Part shown: in pieces, positions 1-12,840 of the stretch
How the letters are laid out: every line of letters begins with the position of its first letter
How positions within the stretch are numbered: the first letter of the stretch is position 1
Origin: Selaginella moellendorffii
Lineage: Eukaryota; Plantae; Lycopodiophyta
Assembly (NCBI RefSeq): GCF_000143415.4
Contig: NW_003314262.1
Span: 1,601,960 to 1,665,959, forward strand
Direction of reading: 5' to 3'
DNA: 64,000 nucleotides
The notes under the pieces: model-generated
What the model was told of the DNA's origin: nothing
Databases searched by the model: none
The model's input: only the letters and a program-made list of their open reading frames with translations
Position numbers and translations under genes: made by a program

Positions 1-858
1 GAGAAACTCCTATCATTGGCTTGCACTTGTTAGTGTCAAGAACCCCCGGGATATTGAGACTAGTCCTTCAATATTCGTTAAATGATAGCTTAGTACCGTG
101 TCTGCCAAACACCCTCGCTATCACGCCCTTTGTTGTGTTGGTTTCATTTCGGTCCCAAATGCTATTTAAGGAAAGTGTCTAGATTAGCTCATTTGGCATA
201 TTTACGGAATGTAGAGATCGGCCTGAACACAATGGTGTTCGTCCCGTGTCCAAATTCACAATCTAAGGACATTCCATATTTAGTAAGTTTCGGACTTGTC
301 CCAGAGACTAACTCCTGGTACTAAGGGAGGCTTGGGGTGAAAGCCCAAAGCGTGTGTCCCTCAAGGGGGGGGGGGGGCTGTGGGGGGTTCCAAATGTATA
401 GTAGAGATAATGGTTGGAATGCATGTCCGACCACCTGAGACATTAGTTTGGCTCCTGCTGGGCTGTGTCGCTCCTTGTTTTGCGTCCGACTTGGGTCTAA
501 GCCCAAGCTCCACGCTGCTCTAGTCGGTGGAGTACCCTCCTCCTCACGTTAGGCCACCGGTATGCCAAAATTGTGCCAGACTCCGTCTGACACCATTTTG
601 CGTGCAGGTGTTGGATACGAGGAGCTGGTGCTCGTGGGATTGTACCGGACCCTCGTTTCGTAGCGCAACGGGCTTGGAGTTCGACTCCAAATTCAGGTGC
701 GCTACAGTGGCCCAAGGCCCTGAAAGTCGAGTTCCACACCATGTTCCTTTGGAACGTGGCATGTGACACGTGGCATAAAGAGGGTTTAGGTTCTGCTTCA
801 TGGTGTTATCCTATGGTAAACCACCATAGGATAAAGGGTAAAAACCACATGTGCTACA
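1..858. mobile_element. LTR-retrotransposon LTR (5' end outside window)
   Basis: 1-150 aligns with 15495-15640, and 700-858 aligns with ~26430-26560. Ends in ...GCTACA. Contains the GGGTGAAAGCCCAAAGC / poly-G / CCAAATGTATAGTAG core also seen at 7543 and 9509. Confidence 0.65.
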
Positions 859-1399
859 GTATGATAGTATATATGCTCTCATGACACACTGCAACATATG
901 CACCTAAAAGACTACCATCAAATATTTTTTGAGATGGTAAAGATAGAAATGGATACATGAGTATTATGAGTAGTATTGCGAAAAGAACACTGGCAAATAT
1001 ATGAAATGAAAAGTAAATGTTTTTAATTAAATATATAAAGTATAATGAGTTTATATTATTGATAAAGAATAAATATCGATAGAGTTGGAAAATCTAGTTA
1101 GCTCTAAAAGTTTTCTACAACTCAGCAATAATAAGACTTGTTTAGTGTATATGAATATCCACTTTAGGATCTTAGTGCAAAATGTTGATAAAGATGTAGT
1201 ACATATGTTTGCAAGGAGCATATGCCTTCCTATGTTCCTCGTGCTTTATAAAAGTCTGGACATATGCAAAAAAGAAAGTCTTGAATGGTAATTATGTACT
1301 CTCCACCTTTTGTTTTGACTATGTATTCCTTTGCAAGTGCAGTGATATACTTCATGGAGAAAATCTCACACTCAAGTGTTTGAGCTAAGCTTATTTACC

Positions 1400-4300
1400 C
1401 TACTTCTACTTAGAGATAGTACCAATAAATTTAACTACCTTACCTTTTCTTGCTAGATTTCTATGTATCTTTGTAGGAATAGTCTTGGTTCTATCACTTA
1501 TGTTTCCAACTCTCCTTTCAAGATTGAAACCAAATTTCTCAAGGTTTTCAATTTCATCTGAGGTGAGTGTGACCCCATTAACAACTAGCCATTCTTTAGG
1601 TACTGCATTAGGTTTAGTCACTATAATGTCTTTAAGTTGCTTCATATGGTTGCCATCGGTGTTATAACAATACAACTAGCACCATCTCAAAAATCTTGCT
1701 TGCTTGCATTTCCCATAGAAATATGGGGCTAGAACAAAAACAGATTTATCACCACAAATCTAGATTTAATACTTGCCCCTTGGAAACATCCCCACACACC
1801 TTACATTGGATTTTGCTAGCACATGGCGGAATGCTCATTGCTTTGGCTCCACGCTATGGTAAATGATTTCAATTTGCTGTGATACACTCTCTTTATCAAC
1901 CATTTAAGGTGGCTCAGTCCAAGAGCAGTGTCTTAGAGTAGAATGGTACTTAACATTAGACTTATAAGAGCTTTCCACTCCAAGGTCCGTGCCAACATCT
2001 TCACCAAAAAAGGAAAAATGACAGTTTGAGCAGATAATCTTTATATCACCAATAGAAACCCAAAGAATGTACTTCATAAATGTGCCACAGACCACTTCCT
2101 CAACCATAATTGCCATCGTTCAGGTGGGTGGAGTTAATTTTCTCTTCATCCTATCATGTAACATCTCAACCTTCCCATGTATCTTCATTCCTCGAATGCC
2201 AACGGTTTTGAAAACTACTTTATAATGTGTATCAAATTTAATAAATAAGCTTTATATAGACTCATCTTCCCTTTTCCTACCTTAGAGGAATGCAAACTCC
2301 AATGCTTACTTTTGGGGAGATTTTCAGTTGGGGTGTATACAAGATCTTTAAATGGTTGATCCCAATGAAAAAAGGCAATATTAAAAGGCAATAAAATGAG
2401 AAGAAAAAATAAAAACTAACCTAAAAAGAGTGATTGTAAGCAACCAAAGCAAACGACTCGAGAGACAATCCATGGAGTTCAAATATAGAGGGAAAGGGCC
2501 CATGAACAAGAGTGCACCCCCTTTCCAATCAGTTAAAGGTTTTGGGATATTTAGGGTTAAGTGTCCTTGGGTTTGAATAGTACTAGGTTGGGTGACCTCC
2601 CGGGAAGTCCAAATTCAAGGAGTTTACAGTTGGTATTAGAGGGGTCTCGGGTCCAACTCTGTTGGTTGGCTTAGGGGAATCACACCATATGTTGATTGAC
2701 ATTTGGCTGGTCCAGTTTGCTCCTGCTGAGCTCTTAACTTCTGTTCACGAGGGCGTGAACTTGCAGGGAAGCGTGGTGGATTGTAAGAAACCAAAGCGAA
2801 CGACTCGAGAGACAATCCATGGGGTTCATACAATTCAAAGAAAGGGCCCAAGAGTGCACCCCTTTTTCCAATCTGTTAAGGGTCTTAGGATATTTAGGGT
2901 TAATCATCCTTGGGTTTAAATAATACTGGGTTGGATGACCTCCCGGGAAGTTTAAATTCAAGGAGCTTACAGTGATATCTCCACTAGAACATCCTAACTT
3001 CCCACCATCCTAACCACGACTCAAGTTGTGACAGACAACTTATATCCGTATAGCCATCTTCACACCACCACATTTGAATCTCATTTGCTTTTGCCTTATA
3101 CTCTTTTTTAAAAAGTGTAGCTTGCCATTGTTTGCACAACTTCTTAAACATTGATTGAAACTCTAGCTTGATAAGGTGGTAGTGCTAATTTACACTTTGA
3201 GCCCAATGGAACTCATAAGTCCTCTCACGACCTTCCAATAGTTGATCATTCCCAAAAATTGCTCAAACACCATTCTTGTTTACACCAACCTTATTTACTA
3301 TAAAACCACGAAAGTTTGCAAACTTACCAATCCACTTTAGTATAATATCGAAGAGGGAGTTCCAAAATAATTCCTAGGCTATTTGGTCTTGTACTTTAAA
3401 CTTTGCTGTTGCAATTGTAAGTTACAATGTAGCCTGTGAAAACATAAATATTACAACAATTTCAATATAATGAGAATAAAAATTACCTTAGATCATACAC
3501 ATGAACTCACATAGTTGTTCAACCTGATATATGCTCTATATGGTTAAATATACCTATGCATTTGCAAGATCACTAGATCCAAACATGTTTATTTGGGAGA
3601 CAATATTTACATTAGAGGCAGGGCCCATTGTAGATATCTTGAATACGAAGGGGTGCTCCTACTCATTCACAACTTAATCTAGAAACAAACTTCTGTGGAT
3701 GAACTCGTATGGATAAGTCCTTTTTAGTTCAAGGATAGAGTCAATTTTTTATCACAACTTTCCTTCTCAAGATTCACACATCCAAGATTTTATCCTAAAC
3801 AATATAATGTAAGGAAAAGATATTTTTGTAACATATGAAATACAACAAACGTACCTCCTTAGGTTAATAGCAAATTGTACTCCTCATAATAAGTCCCACA
3901 AGCTAACCTTGTTTAGTTGAGTCTTTTGGCAGTTTGGATTGAGTAAGGTGTTTGCAATAAAATCTTTGAAGATAGCCTTTTGAACATGCTTCGAAGTTAC
4001 AAATGAGTTTCTCATAGTCTCTTTCTGCATAACATCTTTAAAATAGTTAAGAGAACTCCTTTGCATCCCTTCCTACATTGATGCATGTGTGTGCTAATAT
4101 GCACTATAGCTCTTTTAGCCACTCCATTCTATGGAAGAAAGTAATACATTTTGGCTTTGTGGATAGCATGATATAAAAGGGTTTTTTTGTAGAATCGACA
4201 CTTGAATCCAATAGCAATGGTGTCACAGAAAGCAGGATTGATTATAGACCATTTGAAAAATATAGAATTTCTACAATGATCTTGATTGCATGCTTTATCC

Positions 4301-4610
4301 ATGCAATTTAAATATCCACCACAATAAACTATAAACACTATGCCTTCAAAATGTTGGAAGTGTGTAGTCTTGATCTTGCACCAATTATGGGTATCCTATT
4401 TGCTCCATCCCCTTCTGTTTGGAACCTATATTGCTGACAAGAGGTGATAGCTCAAATAAAATATTGCTATTATAAGAGGATGGAAGCTCGCTCACGGGCT
4501 TATACAAAAATAAATGTATGTCAATTGAGAGGTGTGAAAATTGAAAAACATTGCTAACGACTTTGAATATTGCTGAAGATGGAGTTAGTAAATTTGGCGC
4601 CAACACTAGT
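1400..4610 (-). mobile_element. Degenerate intron-containing transposase-like gene, probably Mutator/MULE-type
   Basis: Minus-strand fragments: CGGYLNCMDKAC (Cys-rich, ~4290-4325), ANFRGF and LEGRERTYEFHWAQS (~3195-3325, resembling the MULE CxFH region), and a Cys-rich C-terminus (~1700-2100). Many stops; interrupted by a Cassandra element. Confidence 0.4.
2435..2971 (+). mobile_element. Cassandra-type TRIM (complete), LTRs carry a 5S rRNA segment
   Basis: LTRs 2435-2628 and 2782-2971 (TGTAAG...TTACA); 5-bp TSD GTGAT on both sides. PBS TGGTATTAGAG resembles tRNA-iMet; purine tract precedes the 3' LTR. 2556-2610 matches the 5S rRNA box A-box C region. Confidence 0.92.
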
Positions 4611-5309
4611 ATGACTTTTTCACTTGAACTAAAAAAGGACGAGAGGATAATGATTGACTCTTACTTCACATTCATTTTGGTTGAAGTGCATCTTGGCACT
4701 TAAATTAGAGATCCAAAAACTCAAATCTCCTTCTACTTGAAATTTTACAAATTCTATTGTTATCCGCCCTCACCTACACCAGAAATAAGAAACTCTGAGC
4801 ATATAACTATACTGGTGTCATTGCGAATCATAACCTCTAAAGAAATAGAGCCAAGACAAAGATCAAAACGCCTATTTAAAAAACTTTCGAAAATAATATT
4901 TTGAGAGAATGAGAGAGGTGGGTGATCTCGAAAATGTAGAAGAAACCTCTCAATCCTTCTCAATAGGTTTTGGAGTTCTCTCTCTCTCTCTTTATGCTAC
5001 TTATAAAAATTCACAGTGAAACATAATTGAAATTTAAGGAAAGAAATAAGAAGAATGTCAATAACATATAAAATAAATTTAAATTCTATAGCAAATTTAT
5101 GATAATATTAATATTATTGTCATCTGTTATGATATTTAATGCATGTATACACAAATCCAAGGAAGGATTTTCAACACGTGAAATTTGATAGTTAATAATG
5201 ATATCAGTAATGACATTCTATTATAGCATGTCAATCCAAGAGATCCAATTTGATTGTCAACACGTGTGATATGTCAAGATGTCAAAACTTAAGTGCTAGA
5301 TAATGATAA

Positions 5310-5902
5310 TGTAAACAACTAAAAGGAACGACGAGAGAAATGATCCATGGAGTTCAAATATAGAGGGAAAGGGCCCATGAATAAAAGTGCACCCCCTTTT
5401 CCAATTGGTTAAGGGTCTTGGGATATTTAAAGTTAAGTGTCCTTGGGTTTGAATAGTATTGGGCTGGGTGACCTCTCGGGAAGTCCAAATTCAAGGAGCT
5501 TACGTTTGGTATCAGAGCGGTCTCGGGTCCGACTCTGTTGGTTGACTAGGGGAATCACACCACATGTTGATTAACATCTGGCTGGTCCAGTTTGCTCCTG
5601 CTGGGCTCGACCCGAGGGGTAGGATCTCAAGAGAGCGGGGCTCTCGAGAGAGCTGTGGCTCTTAACTTCCGTTCACGAGGGTGTGAACTTGCAGGAAAGC
5701 ATGGTGGATTGTAAGTAACCAAAGGGAACAACTCGAGAGACGATCCATGGGTTCAAATATAAAGGGAAAGGGCCTATGAATAAGAGTGCACCCCTTTTTC
5801 CAATCGGTTAAGGGTCTTGGGATATTTGGGGTTAAGTGTCCTTGGGTTTGAATAGTACTAGGTTGGGTGACTTCTCGGGAAGTCCAAATTCATGAGCTTA
5901 CA
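5310..5902 (+). mobile_element. Cassandra-type TRIM (complete)
   Basis: LTRs 5310-5504 and 5710-5902; TSD GATAA; perfect PBS TGGTATCAGAGC at 5507-5518; 5S-like segment in both LTRs. Confidence 0.93.
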
Positions 5903-6812
5903 GATAAATCTTGTCAAATCTTATCCTTCAATAAAAATTCTTAGTACAACTCAAGTTTTATCCATAATTGTGAACACTGCTCAATGACATTTAAAACACA
6001 TAACTATTGTTTAGGATCTAATACAACACAAAATAAATTTCTGGATGAGGATTCATCCATTTATATATTAATATAGTACAACATATTTTAATGTGCCTTA
6101 TTTATACTCTTTAAAGTTCTTGTAACAATTCCAAAATATGTACAAAATATTGATGAGAATGCATCCTTTCTAGGTAATTTAGAAAAAATAATATCATATC
6201 TCTAATAACAGAAAAAAAAATTATAGGTGCTAGTTATATCATCATTAAAATATAAAAAATAAAGAACCATATTTCACATATAATAATAATGATAAAATAA
6301 AATAAGATCGAAGATATCTTGATGGTTAAGATTTAGGTTATTTGGAATGAACGACCAAGATGAGATATTGGTTAGGGTTAGGGCAGCCATCAAGGGTAGC
6401 TGCCAAGATTAGGTTACTATTTGCTCTGTGAGTGGAGAAAAAGAGCTCGAGAGATTGAGCATCGAGAGATTGAGTGTGCAAGAGATTGAATGCATGAGTG
6501 TGAGAGATCAAGCATGGGAGAGTGCGGGAGATCGAGCACACAAGTGTAAACATGAGTTGAGATTGAGAGAGAGAGTGCAAGAGATCCAACACAATTGAGA
6601 GATTGGGAAGCAACAATGCTGCCAAGGGTAAATTTCCATTTGATTGCTTCCATGTTTTTTCTTTTTGCTTGCCACCTTTTGTCGCCAGCCCGAGCTTGAC
6701 CTCAGGCACTATGGCTGCCCAAAGGGCCGAGGTTATTTGAATAACACTAGCCCCTCGAGCCCCCAAAGTGCCTAAGGTCAAGATCAGGTTGGCCACTTAG
6801 GCACTTTGGGGG

Positions 6813-7225
6813 TGTAAGCTCCTGAATTTGGACTTCCCAGGAGGTCACTCAGCCTAATACTATTCAAACCCAAGGACACTTAACCCCAAATATCCCAAGA
6901 CCCTTAACCGATTGGAAAAGGGGGTGCACTCTTGTTCATAGGCCCTTTCCCTTTATATTTGAACCCTTATGGATTATTTTTCAAGTTGTTCTCTTTGGTT
7001 GTTTATAATCCACCACGCTTCCCTGCAAATTCATGCCCTCGTGAATGAAAGTTGAGAGCTGCAGCTCTCCTGAGAGCCCTGCTCTCTTGACACCCTACCC
7101 CTCAGGTCGAGCCTAGCAGGAGTAAACTGGACCAGCCAGATGTCAATCAACATGTGGTGAGCAAACTAGACCAGCGAAATGTCAATCAACATATGGTGTG
7201 ATTCCCTTAGCCAACCAACAGAGTC
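6813..7225 (-). mobile_element. Cassandra-type TRIM, 5'-truncated (3' LTR plus internal domain)
   Basis: Reverse complement of the elements above: LTR 6813-7007 and internal region 7008-7225 with a ~37-bp tandem duplication. PBS and 5' LTR are missing. Confidence 0.88.
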
Positions 7226-7259
7226 CCGAAAGCATGACCAAAATGATAAAGAGTTCATC

Positions 7260-7530
7260 GGATGGGACCGAATCTGAGATCGAGTCCAAGACCGACTCTG
7301 AGACCGAGTTCGAGATAGAGTCCGGAATTGAGTCTGAGGCCAACTCGGAGACTGAGTTCAAGACCGAGTTCGAGACCGAGTTTGAGACGGAGTCCGAGAC
7401 CTGAAATCGAGTCCGAGACCGAGTCCGAGGTCGAGTCCGAGATCGAGTCTGAGATCGAGTCCGAGACCGAATCCGAAGTCGGATCCGAGATCGAGTCCGA
7501 GATCGAGCCAGAGACTAAGTCTGAGTACTA
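7260..7530. repeat. 12-bp minisatellite (GAGTCCGAGAYC-like) inside an LTR-like sequence that ends at 8317
   Basis: About 20 degenerate units, followed by the GGGTGAAAGCCCAAAGC core. The sequence ends GAAAAATTTGTGGCTTACA (8317), like the LTR at 8843-10501. Confidence 0.8.
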
Positions 7531-8842
7531 ATACGAGTCAAAGGGTGAAAGCCCAAAGCATGCGTCTCCCAGGGGGGGGGGCTGCAAGGGGTTCCAAAAG
7601 TATAGTAGGGATAGTGAGGTCCAGGAACCAGTTTTGAAGGAACTCTCTAATGGGGCTTCCAAATTGACTTGAGGTTGGGATTAGGACCGAGGGGCCTTGG
7701 GTGGGAATGAGCATGGACTTGGTTGGTGCTGGAGGGGCCATCCAAGGAAGTGCTCAAGAGCAGCTCCCACTCCCGAAAGGGAAACTGACTACTCCCAATC
7801 CTGGCTCATGTGGAGTGGTGCCCCACTTGAGTACCATGCGACTCATTGGTCCTCGCCCTTCCTAGGGGCTTGGACCTTCCCTTCGGGATGGAAGTGGGGG
7901 GGTAGAGGTACCCATACCAGGCCGTTAGGCCACGGTGTTTCGCCCCAGCGTCCCGAAGCAAGTGTTGCACCCAAGACTTGGGATTTAGAGGGTCCCATGA
8001 TCAAGTCTTGTGGTACCAAGGGATGTTAGGAACCTGGAAGCTTGGTGTGCTTGGCTGCTTGTGCTTGCAGGGAGTGTAGCCGAACCTTAAGTTCAGTCTA
8101 ACCCGAGGAGGGGGATTGAGTGAGATTTGGGAATCCGTAGATGGATGGCTAACACTCCGTTGCTCATGCAGTGAGTAGCTGAAACCAAGTAGGATCAAGT
8201 AGGAGCTGGTACCATAGGCGAGAACCTTAGCGAGGGAACTTAGCAAAAACCAAGGCAGTGTTGGACGGATAGACGAGGTAAGCTGGCAAATTGAAAAGGA
8301 AAAATTTGTGGCTTACATTATGGCCCTCCCACACATTTATCATGTCTATTTCTATTCCCCCACCCAATTGCCACATATATGTTTGAGTTGGCTAAATTGT
8401 AAAACCACCCTACAGTAACATTCCTAAAGAGTTGGTCCCCTTTTGTTCATTGACACAAGCATATTTGTAACATAGTGGCCTACACAGATAAACAACACCA
8501 CCAATTGTGCAATATTATTTGGACACTGCATGTGAGGTGGAGCCCAACAGCCCATGCATGCACTGGAACTCCAGCAGGGGGTGTGGAGCTAGGCACCCAA
8601 GGTTTGACTTCGACTGCCCAACACTCCCACCCCCACTATCCTTTTGGTGCTCGTGGCCTACCATTTTTAAGGAATTACTAGCATCAATGATTCTATGTAA
8701 CTATATGCCACAAGCTATAGCTTGTAATATGCTATAAAAAAGAAGTTGCATCAAGACCATGAGTTTTATGTCGTAGGGGAATCTTAACTATCAATGCACT
8801 AAAGTTCTATAGATGACTCTACATTGAAACATATGTGGGGAA

Positions 8843-10501
8843 TGTGAGACACAAAATCCCTAGGCCCCAAAGTGGAGCCGGAAGGGTGCCATGTGGTAAT
8901 GGCAGAAGCAAAAACCAAACGAGCATAACACGTTTGGACTAAAAGCTCCGACTTAAAAGGTCGAGAGCGGGAGTGGAACTCCCAATGAAGTGCTCAAAGA
9001 ACAAGCATGAAGCAAGCAATAAGCAAGGCTCCAAAAAGGGACCCAAAAGGACCAACACATGACATGTGGAAGAATCCAAGATGGAGTCCGAGATGGACCC
9101 GAGTTGGAGTCCGAGGTGGGCCTGAGATGGAGTCCGAGATGGACCCGAGATGGAGTCTGAAATGGACCCGAGATGGAGTTTAAGATGGAGTCCAAGATGG
9201 ACCCGAGATGGAGTCTGAGATGGAGTCCGAGATGGACCTGAGTTGGAGTCTGAGGTGGGCCCGAGATGGAGTCCGAGATAGAGTCTGAGATGGACCTGAG
9301 ATGGAATCTGAGATGGAGTCTGAGATGGACCCGAGATGGAATTCGAGATGGAGTTCGAGATGGAATCCAAGATGGAGTCCAAGAAGGACCTGAGATGGAG
9401 TGTAAGGTCGAGACCAAGACTAGGACCGAAACCGAGGCCAAGGCCGAGACCGAGCCCGAGCCCGAGTCCAAGTCCGAGTCTGAGTCCAAGTCCGAGTTCG
9501 AGTCTGAGAGGGTGAAAGCCCAAAGTGTTCGTCTCCCAAACTCTGGGGGGTTTGGTGAGCTCCAAAAGTATAATAGGGGGAGGACTGCAGTGGAGCCAAT
9601 TTGGCCAGGAAAGGCTAGTTTGGCCCAGGAAGGCTGTACCCAGTGTTGGGTGATGAGCTGCCCACTGGGAAGTCCAAGACTAGAGTGAACATGGACCGAC
9701 AAGCGGGGTAGCTTGGTGAAGTGTTCAAAAGCCGGCTCTAGTTCCCCCGGGAGATCGACTGGCCGATGCTCTCAGTCCAAGTGTGGGTGGCACTACCTAC
9801 TTGGATACCTGGTGTGGCTCAACGGAACCTCGCTCTAAGCCCATGGCTAGAGCACCCAAAGGCGGAAGGCGGGGAGAGTACCCATGAGGCTCGCGTAAGG
9901 CCACGGTGTTCTGAAATGTTGTCCTAAAGGCCCAGACTGTGGAAAGGAAGAGGAATAGTCCTCTGGTGTAGTGACCAAGGATACAGTCGGGTGGTGAGGA
10001 AGTCCCAAAGTACTATGGGACTTAGTGGTTGAGCCTGTGGGCCTTGATCCAAGGGCAGTGTTAACAAACACGGCCATGGGCAGAAAGGGACTTGGTGGAG
10101 ACTGGAAAAGGGATGTTGGGGAAGGCTATTCCCCATGTCTATGGGCATCCTAAGGATGCTAAGGAGTGAATCTAGGATGATCACTCATAGACGGATGGCA
10201 CAGTCTTTGAGAGACGGACTGTGATGTAGGTGGTGTCAGACCACTGATGTGACTAAGGTGAATGGGTATGGCCTTAACGTAACGGGCTGATATGTCGGTG
10301 GTACCTTGGGGTGTCGGTCATGGGATCGGACATGTGGAGCACTTGGACCAAGTGCAAAGGTTGAGTGGCGGGGATGCCATTCGTGGGGCTAGCAAGCCCA
10401 AGTCCAAAATAGGACTTATGAAGGTTATGAGTGAGATTCCTCCAAGTGGTTGGAGGTGTGGTTAAGTGACTAAAATAAAATGGAAAAATTAGTCGCTTAC
10501 A
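8843..10501. mobile_element. Solo LTR (1.66 kb) with internal 12-bp minisatellite (~9075-9505)
   Basis: TGTGAG...CTTACA termini flanked by the perfect 5-bp TSD GGGAA (8838-8842 and 10502-10506). Arrays of GAGATGGAGTCC/GAGATGGACCC. Confidence 0.85.
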
Positions 10502-11752
10502 GGGAATTGGCTTTAATCTCCTTCACAAAACTCAATTCAAAATAAACATGGGCCAATATAACTTTTATCATTGCCTGGCTTACTTTATATATTGCATCTC
10601 TTAATTTTCCATTAACATACATAATCCCCTATATCAAATTCTTATAATGTGGAAGAAACTCTTCAAGAAGTGCTTGAACCACAACACTCTTAAGGGGATA
10701 CACCCCTTCCTAGCTTATGGTCTTGAGATATTGGTGTAATATATATTAGTCCACTCCAAATGAGGAGGCAAGATCCCCCATTCTATAGCCTTCCTTCAAT
10801 TTACTCACCCATATAAGAATTTCTTAATTCATTGCAAAACCATTAGCTCATGGAAGAATGCCCGAAATACAACAATAATGAATTTAGCCTATGGCATCCA
10901 AAAAACAAGAACCCCTAACTTAAACTCTAAACTCTGTTGAATGTGGAGTTGAAATTTATACAACAAAAAAGTCACATACATAATGCTAATATAGACTTTG
11001 CCATATATCTATCAATGCATGCCTGTATGTTAAAAAGAAATTATGTTTAAAATATTATTTTAAAAGCCACAAATATGTGTTATAACAATTTAAGCATACA
11101 TGTTTTTTTTCATATATTTTGCAAGTTTGCACAATTTTTTCTTGGCCATCTACCCCACCATTGCAAATTGCTTGCTATAATGTGTAATACATTATTTCTT
11201 TAAAATATAAACTTAGATTAATTTTCCACTTCTAATGGAGTTATAGACACACATGTGCTTTTTTTCGTATATTTTGTAGGCTTGCACAATGTTTTGCCTC
11301 CAAAATTGCATCACAAATTGCTTAGGTCTATAAATCTTTATTTGAAATAATACTAAATATGAATAACACTCAAATCAAACATTACTGCATGCAATGCACA
11401 GCAAATTATTTCTTTAAAATATATACTATCTTCCCCTTCTAATGGAGGTTGCTATTGAGCACTTCATTAATCTCATCATTGAGCTTGATCCTTTTTCTCA
11501 GATCCTCCTGAGTCATCCTCAATACTGAGTCTCCAAGGATTAATCGCAAAAGCCCGTCAAAGAGCCGGCAAGCTCCAGCATGACTAAACCCATTGCTCAA
11601 CATTGTTGGAAGCAGTAACCACGATGAAGTGATCATAGAAGCTTATGAAGCTTAAATTCATTTTTTTCCCTCTCATATTATGGTTTGTAAGGCCAACAGA
11701 ACGAGCTTCTGTTACTTATATCTTTTCCAGGGAATAATGCTGATGGAGCTTT

Positions 11753-12570
11753 TCAAGCTTTGCTTGGATACACTTCTTCAGCAAGGTCGTCCTGGAAGAT
11801 CTTCCTATGGAACTTAGCGCCAAGATCCAACTTCTGGTAGAGAGACTCCATATTGTCAGCCGTCAATACTTGGTGACGAGCAAACGCTACCATCGATTCT
11901 GGGTAATCACCACTTGCACGCACAAGCTGAGCGAGTGTCTCGACCACGACGTAGAGAGGTCCGACCATCGCATACTTGCTGCAATGGTAGCCGCCTTCCC
12001 ACACCGCACACTCCCTCGACTTGTCCTCAGCGAACTTCCGTTCTAGCACGCCGACTATCTTGTCCGTGTCTATGCTAGCGCTCTCAGTGGTTGTCTGCAG
12101 GCGTCTGAGCGCGCTCAAGTCGTGGACGTGGAGCACACTGCCAGTCGGGGCATCTTCATCCTCGATCAAGTCACCCGGATCGCATCTTCGATGGAAAAGC
12201 CAACGAACTCCTCCACCGAACTCCTCCACTCGCGTGTTGGTAGACTCCCACTTCCGCTTACCGGACAAACAGCCATTCAGCCGCTCGATATCTCCAGGGG
12301 ATGAATTGCTTGATCGCCTCCACCAGCGCGAGATGATGAGCAAAGGTCTCCCTCTCACTCTCTGGAATATTGTACCTGCGAGGAGTCCCTCGTCCAGGAT
12401 CTTCTACAGACTCGGGTTCGAGAGCTTGTCCCCGCGCCTTCTTTCACTTTGACAATATCCACCAGCTCCTCGTGGTGACCGCCAGAAGAGATCTCTAATG
12501 GCTCCATGACGCCCAACGTTTGGGGGACGACCTTATCAATCAAAACGCGATGAGAAATCTCGACAAGCAC
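11753..12570 (-). pseudogene. Frameshifted ORF of an unknown lineage-specific family; paralogue of 45650-46650
   Basis: Shares peptides with ORFs at 45701-46633 (IERLNGCLS, STNTxVEE, RKFAED..GGYH, AFARHQ, KFxRKIFQD). Split across frames. Confidence 0.5.
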
Positions 12571-12840
12571 AGAGAGAGAGAGAGAGAGATGTACTTACAG
12601 GAGACGCAGTAGCAGAATGTGCTGGGGCAGAAGCACGCTTCCTACGGATCAGCCTTTGCTGCAGCGCTGCGGTTCAAAGATTTTTGAAGGAAATGCGAGG
12701 CTGGAGTATGCCCATTCGCCAAAAACCCTAAACCTGACCGGTATATTCTATCTGCCGTCAAAAGGCAGAATCTTCTATGAATTTTCTTGTACGGCAAAAT
12801 AAACCCTTGGCCGTAGTTTCACTGTTTATGTTCAAAGCCG

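Noticed and set aside
2556-2610. 5S rRNA genes (also in the other four TRIM LTRs)
   Set aside because: Only ~55 nt match; the 5S termini are absent and the segments sit inside LTRs of elements bounded by TSDs.
7198-9702. Glu/Ser-rich or Leu/Gly-rich ORFs, or a CRISPR-like array
   Set aside because: These are by-products of 12-bp tandem repeats inside LTRs; there are no unique spacers or cas genes, and the context is eukaryotic.
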